Shown one piece after another: positions 1 through 11,800 of a DNA stretch of 64,000 nt; position 1 is the stretch's first letter, and each line of letters starts with the position of its first letter. The stretch covers positions 58,964,001-59,028,000 of the forward strand of contig CM059438.1 of assembly GCA_030390025.1 (NCBI GenBank), written 5' to 3'. The position numbers and the translations under genes were made by a program. The DNA comes from Squalus acanthias. Taxonomy: Eukaryota. The notes under the pieces were generated by a model. That model was given only the letters and a program-made list of their open reading frames with translations, was not told the DNA's origin and did not search any database.

Positions 1-73
1 CAGCTTCAGCAAGTGAATTCTAGCTCCTCTCCCACAGCGAGGTTACCAGTTACCATGCGCCAGCTTGACTCAC

Positions 74-240
74 CAACTGAATGGAATATGTTGCAGGGTC
101 ACTCTGTGAAGCTCCGACGCCAACTTGCCAGATTTGGCAGGTCAGACATAGGACTGTAACAGCACAGCTCTCCAACCTCCGCTCACTACAAGCCCACTTG
201 GAAATGGAACCTTGCAAAATGATACCTCTAATGTCCACGC
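74..240 (-). other. Candidate spliced exon (167 bp) of an unidentified minus-strand gene
   Basis: Minus strand: acceptor tgtcttgttttatatacccAG before 240 and donor TTG|GTGAGT after 74; one frame is open throughout (VDIRGIILQGSISKW...YSIQL, phase 1 to phase 0). No homology recognised. Confidence 0.35.
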
Positions 241-351
241 CTGGGTATATAAAACAAGACACACATATCACTGTTGGGGGTTGGGGGGGGGGGGTGGGGG
301 GGGGGAGTACGATTTGCCCCACTGTTCAGCGGCATAACCTATAATGCTTAC

Positions 352-458
352 CTTTTGAAACTCTATGATCGTGCCTGTGGAGGCTGGTTCTGGACTACAG
401 GGAGGATCTGTTGGCATATTGCTCTGGTCAACCTTTAAAACCATCTTCACTCACGGGC
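352..458 (-). other. Candidate spliced exon (107 bp), possibly carrying a start codon
   Basis: Minus strand: strong acceptor ctttttgttcccacAG, strong donor AAG|GTAAGC; ATG at 444-442 in AAGATGG context opens MVLKVDQSNMPTDPPCSPEPASTGTIIEFQK up to the donor (phase 0). Confidence 0.5.
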
Positions 459-855
459 CTGTGGGAACAAAAAGCATGTTAATTCACAGGGTTGCTGAGA
501 AGACTACATCTAGGACTTCCAACCCCTGGCCCTCAGCAGCACCAGATGTCGAGCCATGTTATCATCTGGCAGCATTTACCCTAAACCTCTAAAGAGACCA
601 ATGTGTGTCCTTGTGGTACAAAGGCAATATGCCCAGTTATACAGCCCTGTGCAAAGACTGCTTCAATACATATCAACACAGAGGGGCTCGATCTGGACTT
701 TGTGCGAAAGAATAAAACGGTTGATAGTGAGTCAGCAGCCCGTTATACATCTGTCCCGATTTTTATTTCTATTAACTTCATTGGAAATAAAAATTGGAAG
801 AGATGTAAAACGGGCTGCTGACTCACTGTCACCCGTTTTACATGATCGCGAGGAT

Positions 856-2735
856 TTTTTTTTTTTTTATTATTCGTTTATGGGATGTGGGCGGCGCTGG
901 CAAGGCCAGCATTTATTGTTCATCCCTAGTTGCCCTCGAGAAGCTGGTGGTGAGCCGCCTTCTTGAACCGCTGCAGTCTGTGTGGTGAAGGTACAGTGCT
1001 GTTAGGGAGGGAGTTCCAGGATTTTGACCCAGCGACGATGAAGGATCGGCGATATACTTCTAAGTCAGGATGGTGTGTGACTTGGAGATGGTGGTGTTCC
1101 CATGCGTCTGCAGCCCTTGTCCTTCTAGGTGGAAGAGGTCGTAGGTTTGGGAGGTGCTGCCGAAGAAGCCTTGGGGAGTTGCTGCAGTGCATCTTGTCGA
1201 TGGTACACACTGCAGCCACGGTACGCCGGTGGTGGAGAGAGTGAATGTTTAAGGTGGTGGATGGGGTGCCAATCAAGCGGGCTGCTTTGTCCTGGATGGT
1301 GTCGAGCTTCTTGAGTGTTGTTGGAGCTGCACTCATCCAGGCAAGTGGAGACTATTCCATCACATTCCTGACTTGTGCCTTGTAGATGGTTGAAAGGCTT
1401 TGGGGAGTCAGGAGGGGAGACACTCGCCGCAGAATACCTAACCTCTGACCTGCTCTTGTTGCCACATTACTTATGTGGCTGGTCCAGTTAAGTTTCTGGT
1501 CAATGGTGACCCCCAGGATGTTGATGGTGGGGGATTCGGCGATGGTAATGCCATTGAATGTCAAGGGGCGGTGGTTAGACTCTCGCTTGTTGGAGATAGT
1601 CATTGCCTGGCACTTCTGTAGCACGAATGTTACCTGCCACTTATCAGCCCAAGCCTGAACGTCGTCCAGGTCTTGTTGCATGCGGGCATGGACTGCTTCA
1701 TTATCTGAGGAGTTGTGAATGGCGCTGAACACTGTGCGGTCATCAGCGAACATCCCCATTTCTGACCTTATGTTGGAGGGAAGGTCATTGATGAAGCAGC
1801 TGAAGATAGTTGGGCCTAGGACACTGCCCTGAGGAACTCCTGCAGCGATGTCCTGGGGCTGTGATGATTGACCTTCAACCACCACAAACATCTTCCTTTG
1901 TGCCAAGTATGACTCCAGCCAATGGAGAGTTTTCCCCCCGATTCTCATTGACTTCAGTTTTACTAGGGCTCCTTGATGCCACACTCGGTCAAATGCTGCC
2001 TTGATGTCAAGGGCAGTCACTCTCCCCTCACCTCTGGAATTCAGCTCTTTCGGTCCATGTTTGGACCAAGGCTATAATGAGGTCGGGAGCCGAGTGCTCC
2101 TGGCGAAAATCCAAACTGGGCATCAGTGAGCAGGTTATTGGTGAGTAAGTGCCGCTTGATAGCACTGTCGATGACACCTTCCATCACTTTGCTGATGATT
2201 GAGAGTAGACTGATGGGGCGGTAATTGGCCGGATTGGATTTGTCCTGCTTTTTGTGGACCGGACATACCTGGGCAATTTTCCACATTGTCGGATAGATGC
2301 CAGTGTTGTAGTTGTACTGGAACAGCTTGGCTAGAGGCACGGCTAGTTCTGGAGCACAAGTCTTCAGCACGATAGCTGGGATGTTGTCGGGGCCCATAGC
2401 CTTTGCTGTATCCAGTGCGCTCAGCCGTTTCTTGATATCACGTGGAGTGAATCGAATTGGCTGAAGACTGGCTTCTGTGATGGTGGGGACCTCCGGAGTA
2501 GGCGGATATGGATCATCCACTCAGCACTTTTGGCTGAAGATGGTTGGAAACGCTTCAGCCTTGTCTTTTGCACTCACGTGCTGGGCTCCACCATCATTGA
2601 GGATGGGGATATTCATGGAGCCTCCTCCTCCCGTTAGTTGTTTAATGGTCTTCCACCATTCACGACTGCAGAGCTTTGATCTGATCTGTTGATTGTGGGA
2701 TCGCTTAGCCCTGTCTATAGCATGCTGCTTCCGCT
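856..2735 (-). mobile_element. 5'-truncated non-LTR retrotransposon (CR1/L2 superclade, jockey-like RT), frameshifted
   Basis: ORFs 2041-2520, 1352-2020 and 926-1336 give consecutive RT motifs (KAMGPDNI, NYRPISLL, LDIKAAFDRVWH, GVPQGSVLGP, FADD, LGVTID); A-rich tail at ~856-870. Confidence 0.93.
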
Positions 2736-2870
2736 TTTCAGTTAAAATTACCTCCTATGTGTCCTCATGGGAGCACTGCCTTAGAAAAGACGGGGTACCG
2801 CAGTTGAAGAATTTGGGGTGTACAGTGTATAGGGGAGACGTGGGTGTACAATAAAGGGGCGGGCATAACT

Positions 2871-5800
2871 GTGTCAGTGTACGAGAGGTGCGAGCGTACG
2901 AGAGGTGCGAGCCTGTCAGTGTACAAAGGTGCGAGCGTGTCAGTGTACGAGAGGTGCGAGCCTGTCAGTGTACGAGAGGTGCCAGTGTACGAGAGGTGCG
3001 AGCGTGTCAGTGTACGAGAGGTGCGAGCCTGTCAGTGTACGAGAGGTGCGAGCCTGTCAGTGTACGAGAGGTGCGAGCCTGTCAGTGTACGAGAGGTGCG
3101 AGCCTGTCAGTGTACGAGAGGTGCGAGCCGGTCAGTGTACGAGAGGTGCGAGCCGGTCAGTGTACGAGAGGTGCGAGCCTGTCAGTGTACGAGAGGTGCC
3201 AGTGTACGAGAGGTGCGAGCGTGTCAGTGTACGAGAGGTGCGAGCCTGTCAGTGTACGAGAGGTGCGAGCCTGTCAGTGTACGAGAGGTGCGAGCGTGTC
3301 GTGTCAGTGTACGAGAGGTGCGAGCCTGTCAGTGTAAGAGAGGTGTGAGCCTGTCAGTGTACGAGAGGTGTGAGCCTGTCAGTGTACGAGAGGTGCGAGC
3401 GTGCCGTGTCAGTGTACGAGAGGTGCAAGCCTGTCAGTGTACGAGAGGTGCGAGCGTGTCAGTGTACGAGAGGTGCGAGCCTGTCGTGTCAGTGTACTAG
3501 AGGTGAGAGCGTGTTAGTGTACGAGAGGTGCGAGCGTTAGTGTACGACAGGTGCGAGCGTGCCAGTGTACGAGAGGTGCGAGCGTGCCAGTGTACGAGAG
3601 GTGCGAGCGTGCCAGTGTACGAGAGGTGCGAGCGTGCCAGTGTACGAGAGGTGCGAGCGTGCCAGTGTACGAGAGGTGCGAGCGTGCCAGTGTACGAGAG
3701 GTGCGAGCCTGTCAGTGTACGAGAGGTGCGAGCGTGCCAGTGTACGAGAGGTGCGAGCGTGCCAGTGTACGAGAGGTGCGAGCGTGTCAGTGTACGAGAG
3801 GTGCGAGCATGTCGTGTCAGTGTACGAGAGGTGCGAGCGTGTTAGTGTACGAGAGGTGCGAGCGTGCCAGTGTACGAGAGGTGCCAGTGTACGAGAGGTG
3901 CGAGCGTACGAGAGGTGCGAGCCTGTCAGTGTACGAGAGGTGCGAGCCTGTCACTGTACGAGAGGTGCGAGCGTGTCGTGTCAGTGTACAAGAGGTGCGA
4001 GCGTGTCAATGTACGGGAGGTGCCAGTGTACGAGAGGTGCGAGCGTGTCAGTGTACGAGAGGTGCGAGCGTACGAGAGGTGCGAGCCTGTCAGTGTACGA
4101 GAGGTGCGTGCCTGTCGTGTCAGTGTACGAGAGGTGCGAGCGTGTCGTGTCAGTGTACGAGAGGTGCGAGCGTGTCGTGTCAGTGTACGAGAGGTGCGAG
4201 CGTGTTAGTGTACGAGAGGTGCGAGCGTGCCAGTGTACGAGAGGTGCCAGTGTACGAGAGCTGCCAGTGTACGAGAGGTGCGAGCATGTCAGTGTACGAG
4301 AGGTGCCAGTGTACGAGAGGTGCGCGCGTACGGGAGGTGCGCGCGTACGGGAGGTGCGAGCGTGTCACTGTACGAGAGGTGCGAGCGTGTCAGTGTACGA
4401 GAGGTGCGAGCCTGTCAGTGTACGAGAGGTGCGAGCCTGTCAGTGTACGAGAGGTGCGAGCCTGTCAGTGTACGAGAGGTGCGAGCCTGTCAGTGTACGA
4501 GAGGTGCGAGCCTGTCAGTGTACGAGAGGTGCGAGCCTGTCAGTGTACGAGAGGTGCGAGCCTGTCAGTGTACGAGAGGTGCGAGCCTGTCAGTGTACGA
4601 GAGGTGCGAGCCTGTCAGTGTACGAGAGGTGCGAGCCTGTCAGTGTACGAGAGGTGCGAGCCTGTCAGTGTACGAGAGGTGCGAGCGTGCCAGTGTACGA
4701 GAGGTGCGAGCCTGTCAGTGTACGAGAGGTGCGAGCCTGTCAGTGTAGGAGAGGTGCCAGTGTACGAGAGGTGCGAGCCTGTCAGTGTACGAGAGGTGCG
4801 AGCCTGTCAGTGTACGAAAGGTGCGAGCCTGTCAGTGTACGAAAGGTGCGAGCGTCAGTGTACGAGAGGTGCGAGCGTGCCGTGTCAGTGTACGAGAGGT
4901 GCGAGCGTGCCGTGTCAGTGTACGAGAGGTGCGAGCCTGTCAGTGTACGAGAGGTGCGAGCCTGTCAGTGTACGAGAGGTGCGAGCCTGTCAGTGTACGA
5001 GAGGTGCGAGCCTGTCAGTGTACGAGAGGTGCGAGCCTGTCCGTGTACGAGAGGTGCGAGCCTGTCAGTGTACGAGAGGTGCGAGCGTGTCGTGTCAGTG
5101 TACGAGAGGTGCGAGCATGTCGTGTCAGTGTACGAGAGGTGCGAGTCTGTCAGTGTACGAGAGGTGCGAGCCTGTCAGTGTACGAAAGGTGCGAGCCTGT
5201 CAGTGTACGAAAGGTGCGAGCGTCAGTGTACGAGAGGTGCGAGCGTGCCGTGTCAGTGTACGAGAGGTGCGAGCGTGCCGTGTCAGTGTACGAGAGGTGC
5301 GAGCCTGTCAGTGTACGAGAGGTGCGAGCCTGTCAGTGTACGAGAGGTGCGAGCCTGTCAGTGTACGAGAGGTGCGAGCCTGTCCGTGTACGAGAGGTGC
5401 GAGCCTGTCAGTGTACGAGAGGTGCGAGCGTGTCGTGTCAGTGTACGAGAGGTGCGAGCATGTCGTGTCAGTGCACGAGAGGTGCGAGTCTGTCAGTGTA
5501 CGAGAGGTGCGAGCGTGTCAGTGTACGAGAGGTGCGAGCGGGTCAGTGTACGAGAGGTGCGAGCGTGTCAGTGTACGAGAGGTGCGAGCGTGTCAGTGTA
5601 CGAGAGGTGCGAGCGTGTCAGTGTACGAGAGGTGCGAGCGTGTCAGTGTACGAGAGGTGCGAGCGTGTCAGTGTACGAGAGGTGCGAGCGTGTCAGTGTA
5701 CGAGAGGTGCGAGCGTGTCAGTGTACGAGAGGTGCGAGCTTGTCAGTGTACGAGAGGTGCGAGCGTGTCAGTGTACGAGAGGTGCGAGCGTGTCAGTGTA

Positions 5801-8800
5801 CGAGAGGTGCGAGCGTGTCAGTGTACGAGAGGTGCGAGCGTGTCAGTGTACGAGAGGTGCGAGCGTGTCAGTGTACGAGAGGTGCGAGCGTGTCAGTGTA
5901 CGAGAGGTGCGAGCGTGTCAGTGTACGAGAGGTGCGAGCGTGTCAGTGTACGAGAGGTGCGAGCGTGTCAGTGTACGAGAGGTGCGAGCGTGTCAGTGTA
6001 CGAGAGGTGCGAGCGTGTCAGTGTACGAGAGGTGCGAGCGGGTCAGTGTACGAGAGGTGCGAGCGGGTCAGTGTACGAGAGGTGCGAGCGGGTCAGTGTA
6101 CGAGAGGTGCGAGCGGGTCAGTGTACGAGAGGTGCGAGCGGGTCAGTGTACGAGAGGTGCGAGCGGGTCAGTGTACCAGAGGTGCGAGCGTGTTAGTGTA
6201 CGAGAGGTGCGAGCGTGCCAGTGTACGAGAGCTGCGAGCCTGTCAGTGTACGAGAGGCGCGAGCCTGTCAGTGTACGAGAGGCGCGAGCCTGTCAGTGTA
6301 CGAGAGGCGCGAGCCTGTCAGTGTACGAGGGGTGCGAGCGTGTCGTGTCAGTGTACGAGAGGTGCGAGCGTGTCGTGTCAGTGTCCGAGAGGTGCGAGCG
6401 TGTCGTGTCAGTATACGAGAGGTGCGAGCGTGTCAGTGTAAGAGAGGTGCGAGCCTGTCAGTGTAGGAGAGGTGCGAGCCTGTCAGTGTACGAGAGGTGC
6501 CAGTGTACGAGAGGTGCGAGCGTGTCAGTGTACGAGAGGTGCGAGCGTGTCAGTGTACGAGAGTTGCGAGCCTGTCAGTGTACGAGAGGTGCGAGCCTGT
6601 CAGTGTACGAGAGCTGCGAGCGTGTCAGTGTACGAGAGCTGCGAGCGTGTCAGTGTACGAGAGCTGCGAGCCTGTCAGTGTACGAGAGGTGCGAGCCTGT
6701 CAGTGTACGAGAGCTGCGAGCGTGTCAGTGTACGAGAGCTGCGAGCGTGTCAGTGTACGAGAGGTGCGAGCCTGTCAGTGTACGAGAGGTGCGAGCCTGT
6801 CAGTGTACGAGAGGTGCGAGCCTGTCAGTGTACGAGAGGTGCGAGCCTGTCAGTGTACGAGAGGTGCGAGCCTGTCAGTGTACGAGAGGTGCGAGCCTGT
6901 CAGTGTACGAGAGGTGCGAGCCTGTCAGTGTACGAGAGGTGCGAGCCTGTCAGTGTACGAGAGGTGCGAGCCTGTCAGTGTACGAGAGGTGCCAGTGTAC
7001 GAGAGCTGCGAGCGTACGAGAGGTGCGAGCCTGTCAGTGTACGAGAGGTGCGAGCCTGTCAGTGTACGAGAGGTGCAAGCGTGTCGTGTCAGTGTACGAG
7101 AGGTGCGAGCGTGTCAGTGTACGAGAGGTGCCAGTGTACGAGAAGTGCGAGCGTGTCAGTGTACGAGAGGTGCGAGCGTGTCAGTGTACGAGAGGTGCGA
7201 GCGTGTCAGTGTACGAGAGGTGCGAGCGTGTCAGTGTACGAGAGGTGCGAGCGTGTCAGTGTACGAGAGGTGCGAGCGTGTCAGTGTACGAGAGGTGCGA
7301 GCGTGTCAGTGTACGAGAGGTGCGAGCGTGTCAGTGTACGAGAGGTGCGAGCGTGTCAGTGTACGAGAGGTGCGAGCGTGTCAGTGTACGAGAGGTGCGA
7401 GCGTGTCAGTGTACGAGAGGTGCGAGCGTGTCAGTGTACGAGAGGTGCGAGCGTGTCAGTGTACGAGAGGTGCGAGCGTGTCAGTGTACGAGAGGTGCGA
7501 GCGTGTCAGTGTACGAGAGGTGCGAGCGTGTCAGTGTACGAGAGGTGCGAGCGTGTCAGTGTACGAGAGGTGCGAGCGTGTCAGTGTACGAGAGGTGCGA
7601 GCGTGTCAGTGTACGAGAGGTGCGAGCGTGTCAGTGTACGAGAGGTGCGAGCGTGTCAGTGTACGAGAGGTGCGAGCGTGTCAGTGTACGAGAGGTGCGA
7701 GCGGGTCAGTGTACGAGAGGTGCGAGCGGGTCAGTGTACGAGAGGTGCGAGCGGGTCAGTGTACGAGAGGTGCGAGCGGGTCAGTGTACGAGAGGTGCGA
7801 GCGGGTCAGTGTACGAGAGGTGCGAGCGTGTCAGTGTACGAGAGGTGCGAGCGTGTCGTGTCAGTGTACCAGAGGTGCGAGCGTGTTAGTGTACGAGAGG
7901 TGCGAGCGTGTCAGTGTACGAGAGGTGCGAGCGTGTCGTGTCAGTATACGAGAGGTGCGAGCGTGTCAGTGTAAGAGAGGTGCGAGCCTGTCAGTGTAGG
8001 AGAGGTGCGAGCCTGTCAGTGTACGAGAGGTGCCAGTGTACGAGAGGTGCGAGCGTGTCAGTGTACGAGAGGTGCGAGCGTGTCAGTGTACGAGAGGTGC
8101 GAGCCTGTCAGTGTACGAGAGGTGCGAGCCTGTCAGTGTACGAGAGCTGCGAGCGTGTCAGTGTACGAGAGCTGCGAGCGTGTCAGTGTACGAGAGGTGC
8201 GAGCCTGTCAGTGTACGAGAGGTGCGAGCCTGTCAGTGTACGAGAGGTGCGAGCCTGTCAGTGTACGAGAGGTGCGAGCCTGTCAGTGTACGAGAGGTGC
8301 GAGCCTGTCAGTGTACGAGAGGTGCGAGCCTGTCAGTGGACGAGAGGTGCGAGCCTGTCAGTGTACGAGAGGTGCGAGCCTGTCAGTGTACAAGAGGTGC
8401 GAGCCTGTCAGTGTACGAGAGGTGCGAGCCTGTCAGTGTACGAGAGGTGCGAGCCTGTCAGTGTACGAGAGGTGCGAGCGTGTCAGTGTACGAGAGGTGC
8501 GAGCGTGTCAGTGTACGAGAGGTGCGAGCGTGTCAGTGTACGAGAGGTGCGAGCGTGTCGTGTCAGTGTACGAGAGGTGCGAGCGTGTTAGTGTACGAGA
8601 GGTGCGAGCGTGCCAGTGTACGAGAGGTGCCAGTGTACGAGAGCTGCGAGCGTACGAGAGGTGCGAGCCTGTCAGTGTACGAGAGGTGCGAGCCTGTCAG
8701 TGTACGAGAGGTGCAAGCGTGTCGTGTCAGTGTACGAGAGGTGCGAGCGTGTCAGTGTACGAGAGGTGCCAGTGTACGAGAAGTGCGAGCGTGTCAGTGT

Positions 8801-11800
8801 ACGAGAGGTGCGAGCCTGTCAGTGTACGAGAGGTGCGTGCCTGTCAGTGTACGAGAGGTGCGAGCGTGTCGTGTCAGTGTACGAGAGGTGCGAGCGTGTC
8901 GTGTCAGTGTACGAGAGGTGCGAGCGTGTCGTGTCAGTGTACGAGAGGTGCGAGCGTGTCGTGTCAGTGTACGAGAGGTGCGAGCGTGTCGTGTCAGTGT
9001 ACGAGAGGTGCGAGCCTGTCAGTGTACGAGAGGTGCCAGTGTACGAGAGGTGCGAGCGTACGAGAGGTGCGAGCCTGTCAGTGTACGAGAGGTGCCAGTG
9101 TAAGAGAGGAGCGAGCCTTTCAGTGTACGAGAGGTGCGAGCCTGTCAGTGTACGAGAGGTGCGAGCCTGTCAGTGTACGAGAGGTGCGAGCCTGTCAGTG
9201 TACGAGAGGTGCGAGCGTGTCAGTGTACGAGAGGTGCGAGTGTACGAGAAGTGCGAGCGTGTCAGTGTACGAGAGGTGCGAGCCTGTCAGTGTACGAGAG
9301 GTGCGTGCCTGTCAGTGTACGAGAGGTGCGAGCGTGTCGTGTCAGTGTACGAGAGGTGCGAGCGTGTCGTGTCAGTGTACGAGAGGTGCGAGCGTGTCGT
9401 GTCAGTGTACGAGAGGTGCGAGCGTGTCGTGTCAGTGTACGAGAGGTGCGAGCGTGTTAGTGTACGAGAGGTGCGAGCGTGCCAGTGTACGAGAGGTGCC
9501 AGTGTACGAGAGGTGCGAGCGTACGAGAGGTGCGAGCCTGTCAGTGTACGAGAGGTGCGAGCGTGCCAGTGTACGAGAGGTGCGAGCCTGTCAGTGTACG
9601 AGAGGTGCGAGCCTGTCAGTGTACGAGAGGTGCGAGCCTGTCAGTGTACGAGAGGTGCGAGCCTGTCAGTGTACGAGAGGTGCGAGCCTGTCAGTGTACG
9701 AGAGGTGCGAGCCTGTCAGTGTACGAGAGGTGCGAGCCTGTCAGTGTACGAGAGGTGCGAGCTGTCAGTGTACGAGAGGTGCGAGCCTGTCAGTGTACGA
9801 GAGGTGCGAGCCTGTCAGTGTACGAGAGGTGCGAGCCTGTCAGTGTACGAGAGGTGCGAGCCTGTCAGTGTACGAGAGGTGCGAGCCTGTCAGTGTACGA
9901 GAGGTGCGAGCCTGTCAGTGTACGAGAGGTGCGAGCCTGTCAGTGTACGAGAGGTGCGAGCCTGTCAGTGTACGAGAGGTGCGAGCCTGTCAGTGTACGA
10001 GAGGTGGCAGTGTACGAGAGGTGCGAGCGTGTCAGTGTACGAGAGGTGCGAGCCTGTCAGTGTACGAGAGGTGCGAGCCTGTCAGTGTACGAGAGGTGCG
10101 AGCGTGTCAGTGTACGAGAGGTGCGAGCGTGTCAGTGTACGAGAGGTGCGAGCGTGTCAGTGTACGAGAGGTGCGAGCGTGTCAGTGTACGAGAGGTGCG
10201 AGCGTGTCAGTGTACGAGAGGTGCGAGCGTGTCAGTGTACGAGAGGTGCGAGCGTGTCAGTGTACGAGAGGTGCGAGCGTGTCAGTGTACGAGAGGTGCG
10301 AGCGTGTCAGTGTACGAGAGGTGCGAGCGTGTCAGTGTACGAGAGGTGCGAGCGTGTCAGTGTACGAGAGGTGCGAGCGTGTCAGTGTACGAGAGGTGCG
10401 AGCGTGTCAGTGTACGAGAGGTGCGAGCGTGTCAGTGTACGAGGGGTGCGAGCGTGTCGTGTCAGTGTACGAGAGGTGCGAGCGTGTCAGTGTACGAGGG
10501 TGCGAGCGTGTCGTGTCAGTGTACGAGAGGTGCGAGCGTGTCAGTGTACGAGAGGTGCGAGCGTGTCAGTGTACGAGAGGTGCGAGCGTGTCAGTGTACG
10601 AGAGGTGCGAGCGTGTCGTGTCAGGGTCGAGAGGTGCGAGCGTGTTAGTGTACGAGAGGTGCGAGCGTGCCAGTGTACGAGAGGTGGCGAGCGTGCCAGT
10701 GTACGAGAGGTGCCAGTGTACGAGAGGTGCTAGCAGAGCCGAGAGGTGCGAGCCTGTCAGTGTACGAGAGGTGCGAGCCTGTCAGTGTACGAGAGGTGCA
10801 AGCGTGTCGTGTCAGTGTTACGAGAGGTGCGAGCGTGTCAGTGTTACGAGAGCTGCCAGTTGTACGAGAGGTGCGAGCATGTCAGTGTACGAGAGGTGCG
10901 GCGTGTCAGTGTACGAGAGGTTGCTGCGCGTGTCAGGGTAGGTGAGAGCGTGTCACTGTACGAGAGGTGCGAGCGTGTCAGTGTACGAGAGGTGCGAGCG
11001 TGTCAGTGTACGAGAGGGTGCGAGCGTGTCAGTGTACGAGAGGTGCGAGCGGTCAGTGTACGAGAGGTGCGAGCGTGTCAGTGTACGAGAGGGTGCGAGC
11101 CTGTCAGTGGTACGAGAGGTGCGAGCGTGTCAGTGTACGAGAGGTGCGAGCTGTCAGTGTACGAGAGGTGCGAGCTGTCAGTGTACGAGAGGTGCGAGCG
11201 TGTCAGTGTACGAGAGGTGCGAGCCTGTCAGTGTACGAGAGGTGCGAGCCTGTCAGTGTACGAGAGGTGCGAGCGTGTCAGTGTACGAGAGGTGCGAGCC
11301 TGTCAGTGTACGAGAGGTGCGAGCCTGTCAGTGTACGAGAGGTGCGAGCCTGTCAGTGTACGAGAGGTGCGAGCCGTGTCAGTGTACGAGAGGTGCGAGC
11401 GTGCCAGTGTACGAGAGGGGCGAGCCTGTCAGTGTACGAGAGGTGCGAGCCTGTCAGTGTACGAGAGGTGCCAGTGTACGAGAGGTGCGAGCGTGTCAGT
11501 GTACGAGAGGTGCGAGCCTGTCAGTGTACGAGAGGTGCGAGCCTGTCAGTGTACGAGAGGTGCGAGCTGTCAGTGTACGAGAGGTGCGAGCGTGCCGTGT
11601 CAGTGTACGAGAGGTGCGAGCGTGTCGTGTCAGTGTACGAGAGGTCTGCGTGGCCGTGTCAGTGTACGAGAGGTGCGAGCCTGTCAGTGTACGAGAGGTG
11701 CGAGCCTGTCAGTGTACGAGAGGTGCGAGCCTGTCAGTGTACGAGAGGTGCGAGCCTGTCCAGTGTACGAGAGGTGCGAGCCGTCAGTGTACGAGAGGTG